Positions 9,031 through 17,834 are shown, counted from the stretch's first letter. The stretch is 64,000 nucleotides of DNA from Thermoplasmata archaeon (GCA_022750435.1 JAKIVS010000001.1:286895-350894); one strand, 5' to 3'. Program-made: numbers and translations. The notes: generated by a model from the sequence alone, not told the origin.

Positions 9031-11952
9031 GTGCTGGCGCCGATGCTAGCTCCCGGTGTCGTGCGCAGGTTGGCCTTCGTCGTCGCCGTGGTTCTGGTGG
9101 TCGTGGCCGGCACCGCGCTCGCGGGATTCTCGACGGTTGCCCCGACGCACGTTCGGGGGACTGGAACGTTCCAGTCGCTCCGCTTGTCTCCGACCTCGTT
9201 CTCGAGTTGCAACGGCACCCAATTCGCGAGCGCCGTGCAGGCCGGCGGCACGATCACGTTCGCCGGAAATTGCAACCTGCAGATCAACGCGACTATCGTC
9301 GTGGGAGCCGCGCTCACCGTGACCATCGATGGCAACGGGTTCTCCGTCGTGCTGCTCGGTCACAGCGACCGACTTTTCGAGGTCAACGGGGGCACCCTCA
9401 CCATCAACGCCGTGAGCCTGGAGGACGGTTCCTTCGTCGGCACCAACGGTTTGGCGGGCGGAAGCGGCGGGTCCGGCATGGACGGATTCGCGGGCGGGCC
9501 CGGATCGGGCGGCACGGGCGGCACCGGTCAATCGGGCACGGCCGGGGGCCCAGGGAACCCGGGAACGGCCGGCGGGGTGGGGTATCTCGGCTTTACCGGG
9601 CAGACCGCGGCCGGAGGCGCGCTGTTCATTCATGCGGGGTCTCGGGTGACCCTGAATCACGACCTGTTCGAGTCGAACTCGGTCACCGGCGGAAATGGCG
9701 GCCCGGGGGGCTCCGGAGGTCCCGGTGGCTCAGGCGGGTATGGCGGCCAGGGAGGCGGCGGTGGGTACGGCAGTTCGGGCACCTCGGGCGGTTCGGGAGG
9801 ATCCGGGGGGGACGGAGGCAATGGTGGGGCGGGGGCCCCGGGAGGAAACGCGAGTGCGGGTTCGCCCGGTGGAATCGGCGAGGGCGGCGCGATCGCGAAC
9901 TACGGATTCTTGGTGCTCGGAAACGACACCTTCGATGCGAACACGGCGTACGGAGGCACCGGGGGGTCTGGCGGCACCGGGGGTTTGGGCGGTGCCGGCG
10001 GTTCCTCCGGTGAGGGTGGCTCTGGAGGTTCCGGGGGTCAGGCGACCTCGGGTTCCGGGGGGACCGGCGGAAGTGTTGGGTTCAACGGTGCGAGTGGTGC
10101 CGGCGGGCCCGGCGGTCTTGGCGGGGCGGGGGGCCCGGGAGGCGCCGCCCTCGGAGGCGCGATCTTCAGCACCGGAATCCTGTATTCCAACGATACGAAC
10201 TTCCTTAGCAACCAAGCGAACGGTGGCTCCGGATTCTCCGGCGGCTCGGGCGGCGGCGGCGGGGCCGGCGGGTACGGGAACGGCGGTGCCGAGGGACCTG
10301 GCGTCGGCGGAATTGGAGGTACGCCCCTTGCGAACGGCGGCGGCGGGGGCCCCGGTGGGGGGACGCGAGGAACCCTCGCGGGGGTGCCGGGCGGCGCGGG
10401 CGGGGCGGCCGGTTCCGACGGAGCCGGCGGTACGGGAGGCGGGGCGTTCGGTGGAGCCGTCGACTCCTCGGGGACGGTCGCGCTGGACCAGGACGCTTTC
10501 TCCTACGACCATGTCGTCGGCGGGGGCGGCGGATACGGAGCGTCCGGAGGAAACGCCGGCGCCGGCGGGACCGGAGGGGAGGGCGATACGGGCGGCAGCG
10601 GCGGCCCAGGCGGCTCGGGAACTCAAGGGACCGCGAGCAGCGGCGGACCCGGCGGCTCCGGCGGCGTCGGAACTCGCGGAGGGGCTGGGTCTACCGCGGG
10701 GGCGGCCGGCACGCCGAGCGCGGGCGGCGGAGGCGGCGCCGGCGGTGCGGGGGCCGGCGGAGGTCTCTACCTCTCGTCTCTCAGCACGGCGACCATGGCT
10801 CGGACCAATTTCACGGGCTGCGGCGCGTCCGGCGGGACGGGCGGCCCTGGCTCCACGGGCGGGTCCGGCACCTACGCCGGGAACGCGGGCCCGGGTGGGG
10901 ACGGAGGCGCGAGCGGAACCGCAGGCTCGGGAGGCGCCTCAAATCCAGGTCCGTCAGAAAATGGGGGCCACGTCGCGAACGGCTCCAAGGGCGGTGCGGC
11001 CGGCACCAGCGTCAACGGAACCGCGGGGGGAAGAGGCGGTTCGGGAGGCACCGGCGGCGTCGCCGAAGGTGGCGGGGCGTTCACGGCGGGGACGGCCTCG
11101 GTCACCAGCGTGAATTTCACCACGGACTTCGTCAGCGGCGGACACGGCGGGACCGGAGGATACGGCGGCACCGGTGGCTCGTCCGGATACGGAACGGCGG
11201 GCGGATCCGGGGGCAACGGTGGCTTTGGCGGGAATGGAGATTCTCTCGGGGCCGGTAGCCACGGGGGCAACGGCAGCCTCGGGGGCAACGGCTCGAAGGG
11301 ATTCCGGGGAGGAGCCGGCGGCGCGGGGGGCCCCGGCGGCATCGGCGGCGGGGCGTACGGGGGCGGCCTCTACGCGTCGGGCTCGTGGAGCCTCACGACC
11401 GCCGCGTTCACGGCCGACACGGCCACCGGCGGCAACGGAGCGACCGGGGGCCCCGGCGGAACCGGAGGGGCCGGAGGCTCGGGCGGATCCGGGGGCTCGG
11501 GGGGATCCGGTGGAACGGGAGGCGGTGGCGGTGCTCCGGGCAAGGGCGGACGGGGCGGCAACGGTGGTCCCGGAGGGAGCGGCGGGACGGGTGGCGCCGG
11601 AGGGGCCTCGGCGAATGGAGGCCACGGCGGCAACGCCAACGGCGGAGCCATCTACGCCGCGACGACGGCCACGGTTGAGTCGGGGGTCACCTACACCACG
11701 AACTCGGTCCTCGCGGGGTCGGGTGGGGTCGACAACTGCGTCTCGTTCGAGGCGTGCCCGGGGACCGGAGGCTTGGGCGGTACGGCCGGTCCCGCCGGTG
11801 CGGCGGGTATCGGGGGTTACAACGGCAACGGAGTCGGTCGGGGCCCGAGCGGCAAGGCGGGGACGGCCGGAACGGCGGGCGGGTCCGGAGCGACGGGGGT
11901 CGCGGGGACGAGCGGCGCAGCGGGGACCGGATCTCATCCTAACCAATCGTAA
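9031..11952 (+). CDS. Secreted Pmp-type (GGAI/FxxN) beta-helix repeat protein with long polyglycine GGxGGxGG spacers
   Basis: GTG start with signal/anchor RRLAFVVAVVLVVVAGTALAG. About eight repeats of the chlamydial polymorphic-membrane-protein type (GGAIANYGFLVLGNDTFDAN, GGAIFSTGILYSNDTNFLSN, GGAIYAATTATVESGVTYTTN), separated by runs such as GGPGGSGGPGGSGGYGGQGGGGGYG. No C-terminal anchor. Confidence 0.75.
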   Translation: MLAPMLAPGVVRRLAFVVAVVLVVVAGTALAGFSTVAPTHVRGTGTFQSLRLSPTSFSSCNGTQFASAVQAGGTITFAGNCNLQINATIVVGAALTVTIDGNGFSVVLLGHSDRLFEVNGGTLTINAVSLEDGSFVGTNGLAGGSGGSGMDGFAGGPGSGGTGGTGQSGTAGGPGNPGTAGGVGYLGFTGQTAAGGALFIHAGSRVTLNHDLFESNSVTGGNGGPGGSGGPGGSGGYGGQGGGGGYGSSGTSGGSGGSGGDGGNGGAGAPGGNASAGSPGGIGEGGAIANYGFLVLGNDTFDANTAYGGTGGSGGTGGLGGAGGSSGEGGSGGSGGQATSGSGGTGGSVGFNGASGAGGPGGLGGAGGPGGAALGGAIFSTGILYSNDTNFLSNQANGGSGFSGGSGGGGGAGGYGNGGAEGPGVGGIGGTPLANGGGGGPGGGTRGTLAGVPGGAGGAAGSDGAGGTGGGAFGGAVDSSGTVALDQDAFSYDHVVGGGGGYGASGGNAGAGGTGGEGDTGGSGGPGGSGTQGTASSGGPGGSGGVGTRGGAGSTAGAAGTPSAGGGGGAGGAGAGGGLYLSSLSTATMARTNFTGCGASGGTGGPGSTGGSGTYAGNAGPGGDGGASGTAGSGGASNPGPSENGGHVANGSKGGAAGTSVNGTAGGRGGSGGTGGVAEGGGAFTAGTASVTSVNFTTDFVSGGHGGTGGYGGTGGSSGYGTAGGSGGNGGFGGNGDSLGAGSHGGNGSLGGNGSKGFRGGAGGAGGPGGIGGGAYGGGLYASGSWSLTTAAFTADTATGGNGATGGPGGTGGAGGSGGSGGSGGSGGTGGGGGAPGKGGRGGNGGPGGSGGTGGAGGASANGGHGGNANGGAIYAATTATVESGVTYTTNSVLAGSGGVDNCVSFEACPGTGGLGGTAGPAGAAGIGGYNGNGVGRGPSGKAGTAGTAGGSGATGVAGTSGAAGTGSHPNQS
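9440..11930. repeat. Low-complexity GGN-triplet-rich DNA (coding) with open frames on both strands
   Basis: The track shows long stop-free ORFs in several frames on both strands over this stretch (9695..11113, 9730..10626, 10872..11342, 10954..12123, 11174..12196). That is typical of a GGC/GGA/GGT-rich tract. Confidence 0.7.
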
Positions 11953-12264
11953 TCCTGGACGAGAACTCTTCGCGGCGCGGTCGAGGGTCCCCGGGGGAGC
12001 GTCGTCCCCCGGCGCCGACGGCCCCCGCAAGGCGACCGGCCGCCGCGGGGGCGATTCCCCAATCGACGGCATCGTCCGGGCCCCACTCGGTCGGCGGCCG
12101 GCGGGGGAGAGGACAGGCGTCACGCCCTGCCTGGACCGTCACGCGGTAGAGGTTCCGGAGTCCGGCGGGACCAGGATCCGGCCGCCCCAATCTTAGTGGG
12201 AGGACGAAGCTCCGGCGTCGACTTCGGGCTTGATAACCCCCCTCCCCTTGGCGAGCTGCGCTGA

Positions 12265-14460
12265 GTGTTGTTTTTGGGACGATCATGGACCGACCCACCA
12301 CTTCGAGCGAGCCGAACGAGAAGCGACCTCTGGGCGCTCCTTTCGATTGCGGTCGTCGCCGTCGAGCTGTTGAGCGTCCTCGGAGTCGCGGTGGCGTCGG
12401 ATCCCAGCCGATCCGGCGGGAGTCAGGTCGCCAACGTCGTCTCGGGACCGGAGGGCGTGGGTGTGGCCTCGACCCAGCTCATGTTGGCCGAAGGCTCGCT
12501 GGCCGAAGGAGCGGGACCGGCCCACGGCGCCGCCTGGCACTGTTCGGCCCCCGGCTCCGGCGGTGCGAGCGCGACGTGCAACGCCGCTCCTCCTGCCTCC
12601 TCGGCTCCGGCGCCCCTCGCGTCGACTCCGTCCTGGGCCAAGCTGACCTATCCGGTCCCCATCACCCGAATCGGGGCGAGCATGGTGTACGATGCGAAAG
12701 ACAAGTACGTGCTCCTGTTCGGCGGATACAACACCTCCGCGCTCGGCGACACCTGGAAGTTCAGCGGAGGAGTCTGGACCCATCTCTCCCCCGGGCGGGC
12801 CCCCTCCGCCCGCTACTTCGCCGGCATGACGTACGACGTCACCGACGGCTACGTCCTCCTCTTCGGAGGATACTCCTCGACGTACCTTTCGGACACGTGG
12901 AAATTCGTGACGGGAGTTTGGACGAACCTCTCTCTGAGCACGAACCCCGGCGGCCGGTACGGGGCCGCGATGGCGTACGACGCCGCGGATGGGTACGTCG
13001 TCCTGATCGGCGGAGTCACGAGCACCGGATGGGCCGCGCCCGACACCTGGACGTTTGCCGCGGGGGCCTGGAGCAACAAGAGCGTGCTCACCCCGTCGCC
13101 CTCGCCTCGAACCTACGCCAGCCTCGATTACGACCCGGCCGACGGCTACGTCGTGCTGTTTGGCGGCTTGAACACCACCTACGGAATTCTCGGCGACACG
13201 TGGACGTACGCGGCCGGAAAATGGACCTTGCTCTCCCCGTCTCCCACCCCACCCGCGCGAGCCCAGGCCGCGATGGCCTACAGCGCCCTGGACGGCAAGC
13301 TCGTCCTCTTCGGCGGCGTTGGAACGGGAGTGTACTACTCGGACACCTGGACCTTCGTCGCGGGCACGTGGACGAAGATCGCCACCGCCGTCCACCCGTC
13401 GAAGCGGGTGGAGTTCGCCATGGCCGACGGAACGTCGACCACGAACGTCCTCCTGTTCGGTGGGAGCGGCCCGGTCTACTACCTGAACGACACGTGGACA
13501 CTTCACGGGCTCATCTGGGCCAAGGCGATCCCCCGCGTCCCGGCCGCCGAAACCGGGGCGACGATGACCTACGACGAAAAGGACGGCTACGTCCTCTTGT
13601 TCGGCGGTGAGACGTCGACCGGCTACTCGTTCTTCGGGACCACGTGGAAGTTCCTGCATGGGATCTGGACGCCGCTGTTCCCGGCCGTCTCCCCGAGTGC
13701 GCGAGCCTTCGCCTCGATGGCCTACGATCAGGCCGACGGCTACGTGGTCCTCTTCGGTGGGATGAGCCGATTCGGGGTCGCTCTCGACGACACGTGGAGT
13801 TTTGTCGGGGGCGTTTGGACCGCCCTGCCCGGGGACACCTCCGCCGGGGGGGTCCCGGGCGTCTCGTACCCGATCGGGCGGTTTCAATCGTCGATGACCT
13901 ACGACGCGGCCGACGGGTATCTGCTGCTGTTCGGGGGGACGAACACGAGCTACTACAGCGGCGTGGGATACGTGGGCGACACGTGGTCGTACTCGGCGGG
14001 CGTCTGGACCAACATGACCCCCACGACGCCGACGGCGACGAACACCCCGTCGCAACGCGCGTCGACCGAGATGACCTACGACTCCGAGGACGGCTACGTC
14101 CTCCTGTTCTCGGGGCTCCAGTGGAATTCGATTTCGGGCTACTCCAGCTACGCCGACACGTGGTCGTTCTCGGCCGGGGTCTGGACCAATCTCACATCCT
14201 CGATGTCGGCCAGCCCGCCCGGGGTGGCCAGCGGGGCGCTGGTCGACGACACCTACGACGGGTATCCTATCCTGTGGGGGGGACTCACCGCAGGAGGGGC
14301 CCACATCACCTCCTCGACGTGGGAGTTCACCGGGACCGGGTGGGTGAAGCTGTCGCCCGCCGCGGCCGCCGCGGCCCAGTCCGGGTTCTCGATGGCGTTC
14401 GACCCTTCGGACAATGAGGTCGTTCTCCTCACCGTGACCGGGCCGACCTGGACTTACTGA
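12265..14460 (+). CDS. N-terminally anchored Kelch-repeat protein (11-12 blades, likely two beta-propellers)
   Basis: GTG start and TM/signal LWALLSIAVVAVELLSVLGVAVA. Blade signature repeated about every 50 aa: YVLLFGGY...GDTWKFSGGVWTHLSP, SDTWKFVTGVWTNLS, GDTWTYAAGKWTLLSP, ADTWSFSAGVWTNLTS and others. Confidence 0.85.
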   Translation: MLFLGRSWTDPPLRASRTRSDLWALLSIAVVAVELLSVLGVAVASDPSRSGGSQVANVVSGPEGVGVASTQLMLAEGSLAEGAGPAHGAAWHCSAPGSGGASATCNAAPPASSAPAPLASTPSWAKLTYPVPITRIGASMVYDAKDKYVLLFGGYNTSALGDTWKFSGGVWTHLSPGRAPSARYFAGMTYDVTDGYVLLFGGYSSTYLSDTWKFVTGVWTNLSLSTNPGGRYGAAMAYDAADGYVVLIGGVTSTGWAAPDTWTFAAGAWSNKSVLTPSPSPRTYASLDYDPADGYVVLFGGLNTTYGILGDTWTYAAGKWTLLSPSPTPPARAQAAMAYSALDGKLVLFGGVGTGVYYSDTWTFVAGTWTKIATAVHPSKRVEFAMADGTSTTNVLLFGGSGPVYYLNDTWTLHGLIWAKAIPRVPAAETGATMTYDEKDGYVLLFGGETSTGYSFFGTTWKFLHGIWTPLFPAVSPSARAFASMAYDQADGYVVLFGGMSRFGVALDDTWSFVGGVWTALPGDTSAGGVPGVSYPIGRFQSSMTYDAADGYLLLFGGTNTSYYSGVGYVGDTWSYSAGVWTNMTPTTPTATNTPSQRASTEMTYDSEDGYVLLFSGLQWNSISGYSSYADTWSFSAGVWTNLTSSMSASPPGVASGALVDDTYDGYPILWGGLTAGGAHITSSTWEFTGTGWVKLSPAAAAAAQSGFSMAFDPSDNEVVLLTVTGPTWTY

Positions 14461-14756
14461 CCCGGGGCCGGCGACCTCGAGCCGACGCTCGAGCGCGCGC
14501 GGTCCTCTCTGGGGGCCGGTGAGCGGCCGCTTTCGGGAGGTCGGGTCCCTCAGCACGCCCCGTTCGATGCGATGAACGTCGGCTCCCACCGCAGGGGACG
14601 TCCCGCGGAATCTGCGCCCCGGCCGAGCGGGTCCTCCTCCTGGCCCAAACGGAGCCCCCGGGCGAGGCGAGCCAGATTTCGAGCGGTGCCCAGGTGCTCG
14701 CGTGGGCCGAGCGTCGGCGCACGTAGATAGGCGGCGCCGCCCTATCCCCGTCGGGT

Positions 14757-17120
14757 ATGACGATGGACGAGCCCGCCTCGGGCACTCCCTTCCTCGGCCG
14801 TCCGGAGGTCGTCTCCAAGCTTCACCGTCGACTCGACGGCGCGCTGGCGGGGACCGGCGGGGTGACCCTGCTGGTGGGGGACACGGGGATCGGAAAGTCG
14901 ACCCTCGTCTTGGGAATGGTCCCGGTGCTGCGAGCCCGAGGGATCCGTACCATCGTCGGCCGAGCCCCGGCAACGACCCCGCCGCCCCCGTACTCACTGC
15001 TTCAATCCGCGATCGGAAGCGCTTCGGAGGACCCGGTGCTCCGGGCCGACGAGAATCCCCCGATGGCGGGAAACCTGTTCCTGATCGCCTTCGCGCTCCC
15101 GCTCGGGGACGTCAACTTCCCCACCCCCGTGGGCATCGAGGCCCGCCTGCTCGAGGTCCTCGGGGCGTCCGACCGACGCGAGAAGGTTTCGCCCGAGGCC
15201 GTCGTGGGGGGAATCGCGGAGCGGTTCCTCGAGTTCACCCGCCACGGACCCACGGTGCTCATCCTCGAGGATATCGACCACGCCGATCCCTCGTCACTCG
15301 CCGCGATCGAATTCTTCGCCCGAGAACTTTCAGCGCGGCCCCTCTGGATCCTCGCCACCACCGTGCCGCCGGAATCCCTCTCCGTCGCCGGGCAAGCCCG
15401 GCTCGAGGAGTTCGAACGGTCGACGAGCGCCGTACGGATCGGACTTCCCCCGATGACGTCGGCAGAGACCTCCGAACTGCTGCACTTGCACGGTCGGTCC
15501 GGTGGACGTTCGGCCGAGGAGCTCGAGCGGTGCTTCGCGCAAACGGGCGGGAACCCCCTCCTCGTCCTGCAACTCGACCGCCGGTCCCCCCTCGGTCGTG
15601 AGCTCCGGGCGGAAGGCGCCGACCTCACCCCGCTCGACTCGTTGGCCCAACAGATCCTGGAGGTCGCCGCCGTACTCGGTCGCCAGTTTCCCTTCGACCT
15701 CCTCCAGCGCGTCAGCGGCTTGAGCGAGGAGCGGCTCGCGGAGGGCGTCGAGCGCATCGTGACGCAGGGACTCCTTGTCGAGCGCCCGGACGAAATTCTT
15801 GAATTCCCCGTCGACCGGCTCCGAGAGTCCGCGTACGAGCGAATCCCCGAGATTGGTCGTCGGATCCTCCATCGGACGGCCGGTGAGGCCCTGGAGGAGC
15901 TGCGGGGCGCCGATCCTTCTCGCGTCTACGAACTCGCCCGCCACTTCTATCTCGGTCGAGCGAGCGCGAAGTCCGTCCGGTACAATCGACTCGCCGCCGA
16001 GGTCGCAGATCGAGCCTTGGCGCCCGAGGTTGCGTTGGAGCACCTTCGTCACGCCCTAGACAGCTCCCGAAATCGCCCGGCCGCTGACCGCCATTCCGAA
16101 TGGGAGCTGGTGCTCGAGATGGCGCGCGTCGCCTACGACCTGGGCCGACTCGAGGAAACGGAACGGGCCCTTCGTGGATTCCTGGAACCGGAACCGACCG
16201 GACTCCCCGCACCGGTCCGGGCGACGCTCGAGGTGTGCCTGGCGCAAACGTTGGTCGCCCGCGGGGACGTCTCGGCCGCTCAGGCGATCTCGGAGAGAGT
16301 GCTCGCGGCGCCCGGGCTCGACGACCAGCTTCTCGTCCGGATTGGGGCGCATCACCAGCTCGGCCAGGCGCTCTACTACGAGGGCCACTATCCGGAGGCG
16401 CTGGCCCATCATTCGGAGGAGATTCGGTTGGCGAGATCCGCCGGCAACGAGCGGGTCAGTGCCCACGCGCAGCTCTGGCACGCGGGCGTGCTTGCCATCA
16501 CCGGGGAGTGGACGGCGGCCATCGCGGAAGCACGGGAGGTCGCCGCCGCTCTCGATCGACTCGGGTCGGTGCGAGAATCCGGCCAGGGCCACTTGTTCCT
16601 AGGGAACATTCTCGCCGACTCGAAGTCCCCGGCCTATCGCGAGGAGGCGATTTCGGAACTCGAGGAGGCGATCCGCCTGGGCGAGCGCGCGAACGACCCC
16701 CGCCGCGTCGGCTGGGCGTTTTACCACACCGCCGAGCTCCTCCGAGCCGCGGGGCGCCTCGAGGAGTCGGGGCGGAATGCGCGGCGGGCGTGCGAAACCC
16801 TCGGCCGGGTCGGGGACCGGACCGGGCTCGCCATGTCGCTCAAGGTGCGCGGTCAGGTTGCGATGGAGCAGGGGGCGTACGACGCCGCCGAGCAGGACCT
16901 GACGGAGGCGTACCGCGGGATCCAGGGGCGAAACCAGTCGATGATCGAGGTCGACGTCGTTCTTCGTCTCGCCCAGTTGTCCATCGCCCGAGGCGACCTG
17001 GCGGGCGCGCGTCGCCAGTTCGCCGAGATGGAGCGACAGCACCTCCCAACGATTCGACCGGACCTGAGCGAGGAGTTTGCTCGTCTCCAGCGCGACCTGG
17101 CACCCGAGGCGGGTCACTAG
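14757..17120 (+). CDS. STAND-type P-loop NTPase (AAA_16-like) with a long C-terminal TPR/helical-repeat array
   Basis: N-terminal FLGRPEVVSKLHRRLD..GGVTLLVGDTGIGKSTL (Walker A) and VLILEDIDHAD (Walker B). The C-terminal ~450 aa are helical repeats with TPR-like AxxxxG/YxxA periodicity. No obvious HTH. Confidence 0.7.
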   Translation: MTMDEPASGTPFLGRPEVVSKLHRRLDGALAGTGGVTLLVGDTGIGKSTLVLGMVPVLRARGIRTIVGRAPATTPPPPYSLLQSAIGSASEDPVLRADENPPMAGNLFLIAFALPLGDVNFPTPVGIEARLLEVLGASDRREKVSPEAVVGGIAERFLEFTRHGPTVLILEDIDHADPSSLAAIEFFARELSARPLWILATTVPPESLSVAGQARLEEFERSTSAVRIGLPPMTSAETSELLHLHGRSGGRSAEELERCFAQTGGNPLLVLQLDRRSPLGRELRAEGADLTPLDSLAQQILEVAAVLGRQFPFDLLQRVSGLSEERLAEGVERIVTQGLLVERPDEILEFPVDRLRESAYERIPEIGRRILHRTAGEALEELRGADPSRVYELARHFYLGRASAKSVRYNRLAAEVADRALAPEVALEHLRHALDSSRNRPAADRHSEWELVLEMARVAYDLGRLEETERALRGFLEPEPTGLPAPVRATLEVCLAQTLVARGDVSAAQAISERVLAAPGLDDQLLVRIGAHHQLGQALYYEGHYPEALAHHSEEIRLARSAGNERVSAHAQLWHAGVLAITGEWTAAIAEAREVAAALDRLGSVRESGQGHLFLGNILADSKSPAYREEAISELEEAIRLGERANDPRRVGWAFYHTAELLRAAGRLEESGRNARRACETLGRVGDRTGLAMSLKVRGQVAMEQGAYDAAEQDLTEAYRGIQGRNQSMIEVDVVLRLAQLSIARGDLAGARRQFAEMERQHLPTIRPDLSEEFARLQRDLAPEAGH

Positions 17121-17287
17121 ATCGGTTGCTAGGGCCGGATCGGGCGAATCCCGAGTTCGATTGGCGTCGCGGGTTCTCGTGTTCGGCCGGCGCTTCCGGG
17201 AAATTCTGTCGAAGCTGTGGGAGGTCGCTCGCGAGGCTCGGCGAGGAGCAAGATCGGCTCGGGTCGGTGACGGGGGTGCCCCCCATT

Positions 17288-17337
17288 GTTTAACAAAAAT
17301 GGCAGAAGGCAGATATAGTCGTTAAATTCTGTTAAAC
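17288..17337. promoter_or_regulatory. Operator-like repeats around the RHH-gene promoter
   Basis: GTTTAAC (17288-17294) is the reverse complement of GTTAAAC (17331-17337). A third copy, GTTAAAT, sits at 17321-17327. All lie in the only AT-rich patch upstream of the GTG at 17341. Confidence 0.45.
17311..17318 (+). promoter_or_regulatory. TATA-like box for a leaderless RHH-regulator transcript
   Basis: AGATATAG is centred about 26 nt upstream of the GTG start at 17341. No Shine-Dalgarno-like motif lies in between. Confidence 0.45.
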
Positions 17338-17340
17338 GTC

Positions 17341-17739
17341 GTGCGAACGGCCCGAGAGCTGCCCCGCTCCGACCATTTCCTTGGCGTCCGACTGACGGCC
17401 GAGGAGATCGAGCAGCTCGACCGGTTTCGTCTTCGCTCGGGTTCGTCGACCCGGTCCGATGCGGTGCGCGCTCTGGTGCGCGACTCGGAGAAGGTTGGCG
17501 CCGGAGCGACGGAGTTACCGGTCGGCTTGCTCACGAAGCTGGAGGAACTCGTCGAGGACGGTTGGGTCTCGGATCTGGACGGGGCGGTGTCCCTGCTCCT
17601 GACCCTGGGGCTCAGCGAGTTCTCGCGGCTGCACGCCGAGCGGATCCCGAAGTTGCGCCAAGCGGCGCGCGACGGGGCCGAGCGGCGGCGCAACCGCGGC
17701 CAACTGGACCGGAAGGGACAGGGGCTGCTCGACCGCTAG
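17341..17739 (+). CDS. Tandem ribbon-helix-helix (CopG/Arc-type) DNA-binding protein
   Basis: First RHH: FLGVRLTAEEIEQLDRFRLRSGSSTRSDAVRALVRDS. Second RHH-like unit: ELPVGLLTKLEELVEDGWVSDLDGAVSLLLTLGLSEF. Basic C-terminal tail. Confidence 0.7.
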   Translation: MRTARELPRSDHFLGVRLTAEEIEQLDRFRLRSGSSTRSDAVRALVRDSEKVGAGATELPVGLLTKLEELVEDGWVSDLDGAVSLLLTLGLSEFSRLHAERIPKLRQAARDGAERRRNRGQLDRKGQGLLDR

Positions 17740-17834
17740 TTCGCGCGGGTGGAACGTGGTTGCATGGAGACTTTGGGGATCGCCTGGAGCCAACGGAGCG
17801 GATTCATTTGCCGACTGTGCCGTCAGGACGCCAA

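Noticed and set aside
9695-12196. Multiple long ORFs in alternative frames and strands inside the polyglycine gene (9695..11113, 9730..10626, 10954..12123, 11174..12196)
   Set aside because: They follow from GGN-triplet DNA lacking stops in several frames. Only the 9031 frame has a signal peptide and the periodic GGAI/FxxN repeats.
12283-14997. 904-aa minus-strand ORF antisense to the Kelch gene
   Set aside because: The product is Arg/Gly/Pro-dominated with no motifs. It fully overlaps a gene with a clear 12-fold Kelch periodicity. This is a typical GC-rich antisense artefact.
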